From Longimicrobiales bacterium (GTDB lineage: Bacteria; Gemmatimonadota; Gemmatimonadetes; Longimicrobiales; Gaopeijiaceae): DNA of 64,000 nucleotides. Below the pieces are notes generated by a model. It ran no database searches. It saw nothing but the letters and a program-made list of their open reading frames with translations, and was not told the DNA's origin. Where the stretch lies: assembly GCA_965219445.1 (NCBI GenBank), contig CBDCNQ010000004.1:256001-320000 (forward strand). The letters are read 5' to 3'. Both the position numbers and the translations under genes were made by a program. Below are positions 30,402 through 40,245 of this stretch, one piece after another (position 1 is the stretch's first letter; each line of letters begins with the position of its first letter).

Positions 30402-30809
30402 ATGGCCAAGCCCCCCCTAGCGTTGATCGTGAAGTGGAGAGACCTCGCTCAAGAGGGTCGGTTTTATACCGACATCGCCAAGAATTTTCCTGAGTACACG
30501 TCCAGTCAGATCCGGCATTATTGCCTCGGACACTCCGGCGCCAAGGCTCCCGGTCCCATACAAGAGACGAGGCGTTGGTTGGACAACCCCTGGCTTCAGG
30601 GGGAAAAGTCGCCCCACGCGCTCCTCGACGAGAAACAGGTCCGGGACGTCTTGGGCGACTGGGATGATGACAAGGGATACTGGCGTAACTCCGCCGGACA
30701 CTGGGCCAAGCTTCTAAGAGTCTCACCGAGTACGATTCTAGCCGTCCGGCGCGGCGACACGTGGAAGCACCTCAACCACCCCAACGCCGGACGCAAGAAG
30801 GAAGAGTAG
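30402..30809 (+). CDS. Phage-type DNA-binding protein with an HNH-associated C-terminal HTH-like motif
   Basis: GEKSPHALLDEKQV..AKLLRVSPSTILAVRRGDTWKHL; no HNH motif seen. Confidence 0.55.
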   Translation: MAKPPLALIVKWRDLAQEGRFYTDIAKNFPEYTSSQIRHYCLGHSGAKAPGPIQETRRWLDNPWLQGEKSPHALLDEKQVRDVLGDWDDDKGYWRNSAGHWAKLLRVSPSTILAVRRGDTWKHLNHPNAGRKKEE

Positions 30810-30955
30810 GCGACCTCGATGGATGGTATTGGCCAAGGGAGAAGAACCGCCGGCCCGTAGCGAGCCACGAGAGGTCCACCAGAGTCTCCGACTTCTTACG
30901 GGATCTCGATCATGTCCGCTCGCGACCCGGACGGCAACCTCCTGGAGTTCATGAT

Positions 30956-31240
30956 CTATTCTTGAGGGCGGGCCGCACGCTCACTTCGGTGGGTACCCGG
31001 GGCTAGCACCCCGTGATAGCGGTGCCGGTGAATGCGTGGTGAGGCGATGAGCAGAGCGAGCCGCTCGAGGGCGAGCGGCGGACGGGCGCAGTAGCGCAGA
31101 AGGCGTTCGAGCCCCGCAGGGTCACAGGCCGTGATGTGAACGGAGGCATCGACGCTGAACCCGCCGGAGGCGTGCCAGGTGAGCTTGTCGTCAGTGACGT
31201 GGCGTTCGAACAGACCGCGGCGGTGGAAGTAGAACGGAGC
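30956..31240 (-). mobile_element. IS91/ISCR (Y2) transposase remnant with an internal deletion
   Basis: Frame not in the ORF track: SGGFSVDASVHI..AGLERLLRYCARPPLALERL fused to RIHRHRYHGVLAP. Confidence 0.8.
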
Positions 31241-31357
31241 ACGCGGTGGTGCACGGGGGACGCCAACCTTAAACTTCCAGGTGACCGCTTCCCGTCCGGA
31301 GACGGGGGTCCCTGCGAGGGGGGGGGCGCTCGTGCACCTAGAGGAGGAGCAAACACC

Positions 31358-33382
31358 ATGGACCGACGCATACTCCGCACCCTGATCGTCACAGCGCTCG
31401 CGCTCGCCGCGGTCGGTGCTGCCTCACGGGCGGCCCGGGCCGACGTCACCGGCGTCGTGCTCACGCACTGCGTGGACGTCCTGGGGGGCAAGTCGTTCGG
31501 GCGCACCGGCGCCTACGAGAAATGCTTTGGCAAGATCTTCTTCTCGCTCGACCCGGACGGCCCCCGCAACCGGGGCATCGTGGATCTCGACAAGGCGCCG
31601 CGTAACGCGAACGGCGAGGTGGAGTTCTCGTCCGACGTGTTCGTCCTTCGGCCCAAGGACCCGAGCCGCGGGAACGGGGTCTTGTTCTTCGACGTGGTCA
31701 ACCGTGGTAACAAGGGGCTCCTGGGGAATTTCAACTTCGCTGAAAGGTCGGTCGATCCAACGACCGAAGCGGATTTCGGTGACGGGTACCTGATGCGCGA
31801 GGGGTACACCCTCATCGCCGTGGGGTGGGAGCACACCCCGAACACGCCCGCGGTCGCCCTGTATCCGCCGATCGCCACCGAGAACGGCACGCCGATCACC
31901 GGGGAGATCGGCAACTGGTTCATCCCCCTGTACGCCGGCCAGACCTTCGATCTCACCACTTCATTCTCGAGTGGATTCGACGTCTACCCGCCCCTGGATC
32001 CACGCGACCCCGACTACACCCTCACCGTGCGCGAAGGCTTCCACGGCGAACCCACCGCTGTCCCACGCGATAGCTGGGAGTTCGGGCGGCTGGAGAACGG
32101 CGAGGCCGTGTATGACCCGCACTCGCTTCTCGTGTGGACAGGGTTCAAGCCGGGGTACACCTACGAGCTAACGTACGAGACAAAGGACCCTCGCGTCATT
32201 GGGGTCGGCTTCGCAGCCATCCGTGACGCGGCCTCGTACTTCAAATTCGACCCGAGCTCACCAATCCGCGGCGAGTACGCTTACACGTACGGCAGCTCGC
32301 AGACGGGGCGCTACGAGCGGCAGCTGATATACGAAGGCTTTACGGTGGACGAGCAGGGGGAGCGCAAGGCGCTCGACGGGATCTTCGTCAACACGGGCGG
32401 GGCGTCCCTCGGGCCCTTTAACAAACGGTTCGGGCAGCCCAACGATGGCGGGTTCCACACCCAGACCCGGTTCCCGATCCTCTACCAGTCGACGCGCGAT
32501 CCGGTCACCGGTCGCGTGGACGGCCTAGGCGCACGGATCCCGGTGGGATTGGAGCCGAAGGTCATGCTCGTCGAAACCTCCTCGGAGTACTGGGATCGCG
32601 GGCGCGTGGCGGCGCTCAACCACACCTCGATCGACGGCCGCGAGGACGTGCAGCCCGCTGAGAACGTGCGCTTTTACGTGATGGGCTCCTTCCCCCATGG
32701 CGGCGGCGGCTTCCCACCGACCTTGACCTGGGACCAGCAACTGCCGGGGAACCCCATCGAGGTGCGCATCGCCAAGCGCGCCATCCTGTCTGGGCTGGAC
32801 CGCTGGGTCCGCGAGGGCGTCGAGCCCGCGCCCAGCAGCCACCCGACCCTCGCTGCTGGCACTCTGGTGCCTCAGAGGGAGATCGAGTTCCCCGGGATTC
32901 CGGGCATACAGTGGCCGTATGACGTGCCCGGCGCCTACCGCGGCGAGTGTCTCTCAGGGTATCGTGGACATCAAGCAGGCGCCCCCAACGCGGTTGCGGA
33001 CTGTGACCCCATGCCCTTCCTTGTTGCCAACGTGGACGCGGATGGCAACGAGACCAGTGGGATCCTCCCCCCGGACGTGACCGTTCCCCTGGCCACGTAC
33101 ACCGGGTGGGCGTTTCGCAGCCTACGTGCTGGGCTCCCCGAGCAGATCCGGATGATGAGGGGCTCCTACATTCCCTTCCCGCGTACCCGGGCGGAGCGCC
33201 AGCAGCTGGGCGACCCAAGGCTGTCCATCGAGGAGCGGTATTCCGGTAAGGCCGACTACCTCCGTCGGTTCGAGGCGGCGGCGCGCCACATGGTCGAGGA
33301 GAGGTACATGTTGGAGGAGGACCTCGACCGATCGCTCGCCCAGGCGGCCGCGCACTGGGACCTGCTGATGGGACCGAGCTAG
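31358..33382 (+). CDS. Secreted alpha/beta hydrolase domain protein
   Basis: RBS aggaggag; GNGVLFFDVVNRGNK, GFAAIRD, YGSSQTGRY, EYWDRGR, VDADGNE, DPRLSIEERY. Confidence 0.85.
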   Translation: MDRRILRTLIVTALALAAVGAASRAARADVTGVVLTHCVDVLGGKSFGRTGAYEKCFGKIFFSLDPDGPRNRGIVDLDKAPRNANGEVEFSSDVFVLRPKDPSRGNGVLFFDVVNRGNKGLLGNFNFAERSVDPTTEADFGDGYLMREGYTLIAVGWEHTPNTPAVALYPPIATENGTPITGEIGNWFIPLYAGQTFDLTTSFSSGFDVYPPLDPRDPDYTLTVREGFHGEPTAVPRDSWEFGRLENGEAVYDPHSLLVWTGFKPGYTYELTYETKDPRVIGVGFAAIRDAASYFKFDPSSPIRGEYAYTYGSSQTGRYERQLIYEGFTVDEQGERKALDGIFVNTGGASLGPFNKRFGQPNDGGFHTQTRFPILYQSTRDPVTGRVDGLGARIPVGLEPKVMLVETSSEYWDRGRVAALNHTSIDGREDVQPAENVRFYVMGSFPHGGGGFPPTLTWDQQLPGNPIEVRIAKRAILSGLDRWVREGVEPAPSSHPTLAAGTLVPQREIEFPGIPGIQWPYDVPGAYRGECLSGYRGHQAGAPNAVADCDPMPFLVANVDADGNETSGILPPDVTVPLATYTGWAFRSLRAGLPEQIRMMRGSYIPFPRTRAERQQLGDPRLSIEERYSGKADYLRRFEAAARHMVEERYMLEEDLDRSLAQAAAHWDLLMGPS

Positions 33383-33412
33383 ACGCCGACGAACCTCGAG
33401 CTCTGGACCGAG

Positions 33413-33601
33413 GTGCTCCCGCCGGACGCCTTTGCGATTCAACCGGGCGCTGGGGTTGACATCCGACTAACCGACCGATTGGCCGCGCGGGTGCAAGGCG
33501 ACTGGCGCAGAATCTCTTCCGGCGATGAAGCTCTGGGTACTGTGGACGGTAACCAGATTCGGATCGCGGCAGGCATCGTGGTCGGCTTCGGTAGCCGATA
33601 G
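33413..33601 (+). pseudogene. C-terminal remnant of an outer-membrane beta-barrel protein
   Basis: FAIQPGAGVDI..RVQGDWRR..IRIAAGIVVGFG. Confidence 0.55.
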
Positions 33602-33794
33602 CTGGTCTCCCTGACGCGGCGTGAGTCTTTCACGGGCGACCTCTCGGGGTCGCCTTTGCCGTGTCCGGGGAAGGGCACGAGTCCGATGCCTACCGCGACA
33701 GTAGCAATCGCTTGACGGAAGTATATACTTGACGTAACATGAAGGGATTATTATATTTATGATACGTTAAAGAGACCTTAGAGAGATTGAGAAA

Positions 33795-34726
33795 ATGGCG
33801 AAAGTTGGCAGCGACAAGACCCGGATGATTGCCGAGATCCCGATGGCATGTGCCGATGAGGATGTGGCGGTCGCCTTCCTTGAAGACTTACGATGGGGCG
33901 ACAACCCATGCTGCCCCCGTTGTGGTGATTGCGATGTTTACCAAATGCGGTCCCGTGGCGGCGGGCGTGAGAAGGGCTACCGCTGGCGGTGCCGGGGATG
34001 CAAGCAACAACACACGGTGAGGACGGGAACGGTCATGGAGGACAGTCGGATTCCGTTACGTGTGTGGTGTCATGCCTACTGGCGCGCGGCCAGCTCGAAG
34101 AAGGGCGTCTCGGCCCTACAGATCAAGCGCGAGACGGGCATTAGCTACAAGTCCGCGCTATTCCTGATGCACCGCATCCGCTGGGCGATGGCTGACAACG
34201 GATCTGGACTGCTTGACGGTCAAGTTGAAGCCGATGAAACCTACGTCGGCCCACGCGGTCGCCGGGGATCAAAGCCCGGACGCTCCACGGAACTCAAAAC
34301 GCCTGTATTCGCGGCGATACAGCGAGACGGTGAGGTTCGTGCCCGCGTCGGTCCCGAACGTGACCGGGGCGACCCTCAAGGCTGCGCTTGCGCGAGACGG
34401 TGTTACCGTTAGCGACGATCTACACCGATGAGTTCGGCGCGTACAGTGGACTCGACAAGGAATTCGCTGGGCACGAGACGGTGAGCCACAAGCGGAAAGA
34501 GTATGTGCGCGGTGACGCGACGACGAACACCGCCGAGTCCTTCTTCGCGATCCTCAAACGCGGCGTGATCGGCACGTTCCACAGCGTCAGCAAGAAGCAT
34601 CTACACCGTTACGTGAGCGAATTCGAATTCAGGTGGAATACCCGTGGGATGGACGACGGCGCAAGGATGCGGAGTCTGGTCCAGGCCGGGGACGGAAAGC
34701 GCCTTTTGTACCGCTGGCTAGGGTAA
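33795..34726 (+). CDS. IS1595 transposase with two +1 frameshifts (about 34350 and 34390)
   Basis: CPRCG..CRGC Zn ribbon, VEADETYVG, IYTDE, TNTAESFFAILKRG, HLHRYVSEFEFRWN. Confidence 0.9.
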
Positions 34727-34847
34727 CAACAACGGAGAAGCGAATGTTAACATCACCAGCAAACGCCGCCTCCAGACCGCAAACATTGGCCTTGTGTGCC
34801 GCGAATGCGTCTTGCGCTAGGTGCAAACATTCACCTTCGTGTAAGAA

Positions 34848-34931
34848 CGGGGCAGGTGGGATTCGAACCCACGAGGACGGAGTCCTGACCGTTTTTAAGG
34901 CGGTTGCGATAAGCCACTCTGCCACTGCCCG
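34848..34931 (-). tRNA. tRNA-like gene with anticodon TAA, long variable arm and G discriminator (possibly a pseudo-tRNA)
   Basis: GGGCAG/CTGCCC acceptor stem, TGGCAGAGTGG D-arm, ACCG-CCTTAAAAA-CGGT anticodon arm, AGGAC/GTCCT variable stem, GTGGG-TTCGAAT-CCCAC T-arm. Confidence 0.75.
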
Positions 34932-34934
34932 CAA

Positions 34935-34981
34935 GGCCCTCATGTCCGGCTTAGACCCGGATGTGAGGGCTGTTTTCGTTT
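34935..34981 (+). terminator. Hairpin with T-rich tail
   Basis: gccctcatgtccgg-cttaga-c-ccggatgtgagggc followed by tgttttcgttt. Confidence 0.6.
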
Positions 34982-34982
34982 C

Positions 34983-35360
34983 CTATAGGATGAGTCCGTA
35001 CGAGACCCGCCCATTTTCCTTCTGCTTGTCGAAGATTCTGGCGTCCACGCCGTTCTTGAGCACCCATCGTACCGAGTTCCTATTCAGGGTCCTTCCGCCG
35101 ATGGTCGGCCCCAGTTCGACTATTCGCGATGCCCCGAGATACTGTGGGTGCACCGATCCAAGAATCCGTTTCACGGCGTTTTCGTTGGTGGGCTCGTCGT
35201 ACGCCTTAACGTTCGCAAAGTCTGGGTTGAAGGACAGCCTCGTGCCGTTGGGCTTATGGGTGTCCTCCTGGCTGCGCCGTCGGAGCACCTGCAAGGCCGC
35301 AGTGAGGGCCGTGATTTCTTCTTCAAGCGCCGTAATGGCGCTGTCATATGGAGTCGCCAC
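34983..35360 (-). CDS. IS1595 passenger: coiled coil plus possible winged-helix protein
   Basis: RBS aggagg before GTG; AITALEEEITALTAALQVL coil and RNSVRWVL..IFDK..GRVSYGL. Confidence 0.55.
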   Translation of the reverse strand: MATPYDSAITALEEEITALTAALQVLRRRSQEDTHKPNGTRLSFNPDFANVKAYDEPTNENAVKRILGSVHPQYLGASRIVELGPTIGGRTLNRNSVRWVLKNGVDARIFDKQKENGRVSYGLIL

Positions 35361-35462
35361 ATGCACCTCCTGAACGTTGAATCTGACGTAAGTATCGCCA
35401 GGCGAATCCTTGTGGGCAATACCCTGAGCCACAACGGACACACCATCCACAAACTTTCGAGT

Positions 35463-35648
35463 GTGGCATCCGATGGTTCCGGTGTTTCTGACGATGATGA
35501 CGAGAGGCGTGGTCAACCCGGTCCTGAGCCGGATCGGCTCAAGATCGACGTGCCTTTTGCGGAAGGGTTGAGGCGGGCGCTGAAGAAGAAAAAGCCAAAG
35601 GAGGGCTGGCCGGAACCCGATGAACCACAACCAGATAACGGGTCGTGA
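35463..35648 (+). CDS. Small IS1595 passenger protein
   Basis: GPEPDRLKIDVPFAEGLRRALKKKKPKEGWP; start uncertain. Confidence 0.45.
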   Translation: MASDGSGVSDDDDERRGQPGPEPDRLKIDVPFAEGLRRALKKKKPKEGWPEPDEPQPDNGS

Positions 35649-35715
35649 GGCCCTATGACGCCGTTTGCACTAAGTACATACTTCGCTCGCTTGATAGGGT
35701 GCAGCCCCGGGCATC

Positions 35716-37879
35716 TCAGGTTAGCAGGAGACGTATTGCTCCACGCTTGAGCCGCACCTCAACGGGCAGTTTTCCAACCGGCTCTCCATCCAGTTGGAAG
35801 GGCACCTCGCCCTCTGAACGTAGCCTTATCCGGCTACCCAGAGTGTGCCTGACCCCACGGGCACGGTGAAGGCTCGAGGTGAGCATGCTCAGCCCCAGCC
35901 GAGCTAACCTCAGTTTCGAAATCACTGGAGCGGCCACGACATCGAGCTGGGCGTCGAAGGGATCCGCCGTTTCCGCGACAACGACTCCAAACGCGAGCTC
36001 GGCGACGTTTGGCAGGACTACGCTTGAGGCGACCCCAAACTCAGATCCATCGACCTCGAGTTCAATGTCCGGCCCCGGGTAGCGTCGCAGAGCGCCCAAG
36101 ACCTGAGGTGTGTTTCGCACCAAGCCCGCCATGCCCATGAGCCCGGTACGGGAAGCGTTCAGCGCGTCGATCACCACTGCGTCGAACCCAGCCCCGAACC
36201 AAAGAAGGAATGGACGTGCGCCACCGGAGTAGCTGACGACCCCGACATCCGCCGAGCGAACGGCTACATCGGATAGGGACCTGGCGACGAGACTGGGATC
36301 TGAGCCAAACCCAAACGCCCGGACCGCGGCGTTAGCAGTTCCGGAGGGCAAGAAGCCGAGATCAGGAAGCGCTTCTGCGGTCCGTCCCAATGCCATCAAG
36401 CCGCTGAGGACTTCATTCAGTGTCCCGTCCCCGCCCACAGCGATGATCCGCTCCACATCCGTGGCTCGCGCTGCCGCGATTTCAGAAGCGGAGCCTCGGT
36501 GCTGCGTCTCGACGACCTCTACCTGGCAATAGTCGGACAGGCCGCTTGCAAGAAGCCGCGCTCTGGAGTTGGCCCCGCACGGTGGACGGTTTTGGACTAG
36601 AGATTCACGCGGCGGGGGCGTGTTCCTTTTCGTAGTTAAGAGGAGACAATTGGCCGAGGGCAGAGTGCCGTCGGTGGGGATTGTACCAGGCTTCGATGAA
36701 GTCGAACACGGCCATCCTGGCCTCGGCCTGATTGCGGAAGCTCTTTCGTTCGATGAGTTCGGTCTCGAGCGTGGCGAAGAAGCTCTCGCACATCGCGTTA
36801 TCGTACGCGTCGCCGACCGAGCCCATCGAGGGTCGGACGCTGGCCTCTTTGCAGCGTAGGCCGAAGGCGATCGAGGTGTACTGGGTACCCTGATCGCTAT
36901 GATGGATGACACCGTTCGGTCGTCGTTGCTGCAGCGCCATGTTCAGCGCGTCGAGCACGAGATCGGTCTTGAGATGCGTCTTCATCGACCATCCGACCAC
37001 ATGGCGGCTCCACGCATCGACGACGACTGACAGGTACAAGAAGCCGCTCCAGGTCGGCACGTAGGTGATGTCGGCAACCCAGAGCTGGTCCGGGCCGTGC
37101 ACACTGAAGTCGCGCGCGACGAGATCGGGGGCAGGTCGAGCATCTCTGTTTCGCTTCGTCGTGCGCCACTTCCTTCGCCGCGTAGCGCCTTGTAGTCCTG
37201 CCAGCCTCATCAGACGACGCACCCGCTTGTGGTTGACCTGCCAGCCGTCGTCCCTGAGCTCGGCGTACATCCGTGGCTGGCCATACGTCTCACGGCTGAA
37301 CGTGTGGATCTCACGCATCCGACCTAGCAGTCGCTCGTTCTCGACCGCGCGATGCGATGGAGGACGCTTTCTCCATGCGTAGTACCCGCTGGGCGAGACG
37401 CTCAGGACTTCGCACATCATCTGCACGCTGAACTCGGCCTGGTTGGCCCTCACGAACTCGAACGCTTCGGGGGCACCGAGTCGGACTCCTGAGCGAACCA
37501 GGCCGCGGCTTTTTTTAGGATCTCCCGCTCGACACGAAGCCGCTTGTTCTCACGCCGAAGCTCGCGGAGCTCCTCGCGCTCTGACGACGTCAGGCCGTCG
37601 CTTCTGACTCCCGTGTCGAGGTCCGTCTGCTTCACCCAATTGTGGATCGTCTGCGCTGTGGGCTCAAACTCCCGACTCAGCTCCTCAGGCGTGCGACCTG
37701 CTTTGACCAGCTCCACCATCTGCTGGCGGAACTCCAACGAATACGGCGGTCTCGTTCTTGGCATCGTGGACTCCTCTCTCTAAAGAGAATAGGTGTCCAC
37801 CGTCAGGGGCTAACTCCACTCTGTGCCGGGCGCGACCGCTCCCTGAAGCCGGATTGACGATCACCAGATACGACGGCAC
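35716..37879 (-). pseudogene. Diacylglycerol-kinase-family (YegS/BmrU) lipid kinase interrupted by IS3
   Basis: VIVNPASGSG before the IS; AVGGDGTLNEV, LPSGTAN, GAGFDA, FQLDGE after it. Removing the IS and one CTC restores the frame. Confidence 0.88.
36564..37818 (-). mobile_element. IS3-family element (orfA 37450-37764, orfB 36605-37453)
   Basis: TIRs tggagttggccccgcacggtggac / tggagttagcccctgacggtggac; 3-bp TSD CTC; A7G slippery site; WVADITY, HSDQG, ESFF. Confidence 0.95.
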
Positions 37880-37909
37880 AGGACTCCCAAGGTGGAGACT
37901 CTCACCGCA

Positions 37910-38000
37910 CTCTAACGTTGTGCGATTCTACTGCGCGTCAATCTGCCGACCGCAAGCGAAGCGCGCGACCCTGACGTCTACCGCGACTGCAGCAATCGAT
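37910..38000 (-). repeat. attC-like imperfect palindrome (most complete copy)
   Basis: Minus strand: gattgctgcagtcgcgg..cgcgcagtagaatcgcacaacGTTAGAG; related copies at 33680-33715, 42619-42684, 44375-44426, 45147-45204 and 49771-49804. Confidence 0.6.
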
Positions 38001-38388
38001 CTACCTCGCTCTGCCCTGAATTCCCCAATTACACGCCAAATCCGCGTAGCACCGACTGAATGACCGCTGCCGGAAGTGTCATGAGTGCTACCGCACAGCC
38101 TCTAGCTGGACCTTCTTGCTGACTATCACGAATGAGGATGGGATTGCCACGCATGAAGTCTTCGATATCGATGGTAGGGCTGTGAATAACTTCGATGCCT
38201 CGCCGAAGCTGATCGTCCATGGACCGGAGTCTCAAGAAAGTGCACTAAGAGAGGATGCTCGCACACTATCCGCGACAACTCAGGAGGGCAAGCCGCCGCT
38301 ATGAAACGATTGTCTGTTCGACCCAGGAAGCGTCTAGGCTATCGCACTCCCGAGGAATGCTATGTCCAGAACTAGCCCGTGTTGCACT

Positions 38389-38850
38389 TCAAAGTTGATC
38401 CTGAGCAGCGCTCGATCGCATATCCGAGACCCGAGCATTTAGGTCCGCACCGAACTCGCGGAATCGTGCCATCGCCAGACGTAGTAGCGGCCAAAGCACT
38501 GGTACCAGGAGGCCGGTGGCCACCCATCGCTGGCGCAACGAGAGCCCGGAGGTCCCGCCACCAACGAGCGTGAAATAATGCACCAGGTGGACGAGCAAGT
38601 GATGGCCCAGAGAGGCTTCGAAAGCAAGCTCCCGGGACGGGTCAACCGAAACCACGGTTGGACGGAATGGACGCAGGCGTTGCCCGGGGCCGCGAATGCG
38701 GAACAGGACGCGTGCTCCCGGCACGGTGGCGCCGCTGGCGAATGGTACCAGATGGCTCCACTGTGGATAAGCGTCGCAATCTGTGAGCACCGCCCACGCC
38801 ACGTCACGTGTGCCGTCGATTGGTGTAAAGAACTCGAATTCTCGTGACAT
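38389..38850 (-). CDS. SRPBCC (polyketide cyclase-like) protein
   Basis: WAVLTDCDAYPQW, PSRELAF, GLLVPVL..DLNARV; GTTAGAC 10 bp upstream. Confidence 0.75.
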   Translation of the reverse strand: MSREFEFFTPIDGTRDVAWAVLTDCDAYPQWSHLVPFASGATVPGARVLFRIRGPGQRLRPFRPTVVSVDPSRELAFEASLGHHLLVHLVHYFTLVGGGTSGLSLRQRWVATGLLVPVLWPLLRLAMARFREFGADLNARVSDMRSSAAQDQL

Positions 38851-39059
38851 GCTTAGCGCCGTCTAACGATTAAGGATTGTTTCCATACTCTACGCGCGGA
38901 AGCTCCTGCTCGGGCTACGATGCCCATGAGCAGCTTGAGATGCAACCTCAGCCCCTGTGACGCCCAGGTATGAACTGCGGGTTTCTAACCAGCTCATGAG
39001 GCAACTCCTATGACTCGGCAGTCCCGGCGCCCGCTGTCCCGCCGCGGTGTCGGGGGGAG

Positions 39060-39659
39060 GTGTCGAAAGGTTTGCGCGTGAACCCGTCAGCGTTTCGCGC
39101 GCTTGACCTTCGCGCGCATCAGCTCCTGTCCGACGCGCCGCTCCACGACGTGTGGTGCTTCCGGCTACGCGGCGGTGGTCCGGGCATCACCGTGCGCGAC
39201 GTGATCGACCTCTTCGTCGACCTTGATGGCTCGAGGGTCGACCCAGCGGCCCGTGTCCTGTTTGCTTTGCGCGCGATGATGGGGCGGGTATTCGGCTGGG
39301 ATCGTGAGGTCCCGACCGCATCCGCCCGTTCCTACGTCAATCGGCTATCCGCGGAGGACCGTGCGCGATCACTCGACGCGCCCGGCTCGAAACGCGGCTT
39401 CTGGACCACCGTGTATACGTTCGACCGCGAGGCGTTGGGTGAGGTCATCAACCACACAGTGCATGCGTTTCTGCTCTTCGCCCTAGAACCGGCTCCCAGC
39501 GGGTACACCTTGTACTGGGGGATTTATGTCAAGCCGGTAAGTCGATTCACTGCGTTCTACATGGGGCTGATCGACCCCTTTCGGCGGCACCTGATCTATC
39601 CTCGGCTCATTCACCGATTTGAGGAGGTCTGGTCCAGAAGGTGGGAGGGCACAGCATAA
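39060..39659 (+). CDS. DUF2867-like protein
   Basis: LHDVW, LFALR..GRVFGWD, NHTVHA, YMGLIDPFRRHLIYP. Confidence 0.65.
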   Translation: MSKGLRVNPSAFRALDLRAHQLLSDAPLHDVWCFRLRGGGPGITVRDVIDLFVDLDGSRVDPAARVLFALRAMMGRVFGWDREVPTASARSYVNRLSAEDRARSLDAPGSKRGFWTTVYTFDREALGEVINHTVHAFLLFALEPAPSGYTLYWGIYVKPVSRFTAFYMGLIDPFRRHLIYPRLIHRFEEVWSRRWEGTA

Positions 39660-39879
39660 GGAGACCGTGACGACCGCCGTCGCGCCGCATGACGACGGGG
39701 CGGTGCACAGGAGGAGGACTCGTGAAAGCATTCTATCTAGTAGCGGCCCATCGGGTGGAGGTGGCGGCGCTCGAGAGCTCTTGCGCTCCCGTTGGCGAGC
39801 ACCCGCCGTTCTGCACGGCCTTCGATCTCATAGCTGGGCATTCATTCTCTTCAAGCACGTGGGAGGAGTGAGGGTCTTT

Positions 39880-39969
39880 CACCGCTCTGACGTTGTGGAA
39901 TACCGTCTTGAGCACCACCGCGAGGAATTGGGCGAGAGACTCACGACGCTGGAGAAGATGACGAACTGA
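39880..39969 (+). pseudogene. Short C-terminal gene remnant next to an att site (possibly an integrase tail); a second copy lies at 18021-18075
   Basis: HRSDVVEYRLEHHREELGERL; DNA duplicated at 18021-18075. Confidence 0.4.
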
Positions 39970-40076
39970 CTCTTTTTTTGGCCCGGTCTGTCACCGCCAT
40001 TGTCACCACGGGCCAATCTGGCACCACATGACAGAAGCCCCACAGGGCCGTTAAGCCTTGCGGGGCTTGCTTTTAC

Positions 40077-40108
40077 CGCAGTGGAGCCAGCCGGGATCGA
40101 ACCGGCGA
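40077..40108 (-). repeat. att-like duplication of the tRNA-Ala 3' end
   Basis: cgcagtggagccagccgggatcgaaccggcga, identical to 41867-41898. Confidence 0.9.
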
Positions 40109-40245
40109 AGCGGGATCGTACGAGGACAGCTCGATGTTCACGAGTCCACTCGTCCCCAAGAGCGACTCCTTGCCCGGTTAACCCCGGACGCGTACGGTAG
40201 CGGTGACCAGAGGTAGCCCCTTTCCGAGTTCGCCGAGGTGACCCC

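Larger units (their letters stand above)
33716..35686 (+). mobile_element. IS1595-family element with passenger genes
   Basis: 8-bp TSD TCGCTTGA (33708-33715 and 35687-35694); imperfect TIRs cggaagtatatactt / aagtacatacttcgc. Confidence 0.9.

Noticed and set aside
31136..31357. N-terminal extension of the hydrolase ORF
   Set aside because: Overlaps the IS91 relic; a strong RBS and signal peptide point to ATG 31358.
34848..34931. tRNA-Sec serving the UGA in the methyltransferase
   Set aside because: The anticodon is TAA, not TCA, and the fold is 7/5 with a short D-stem rather than 8/5.
35716..36912. 398-aa ORF as a real protein
   Set aside because: Chimera of IS3 sequence and the 3' part of the interrupted lipid kinase.
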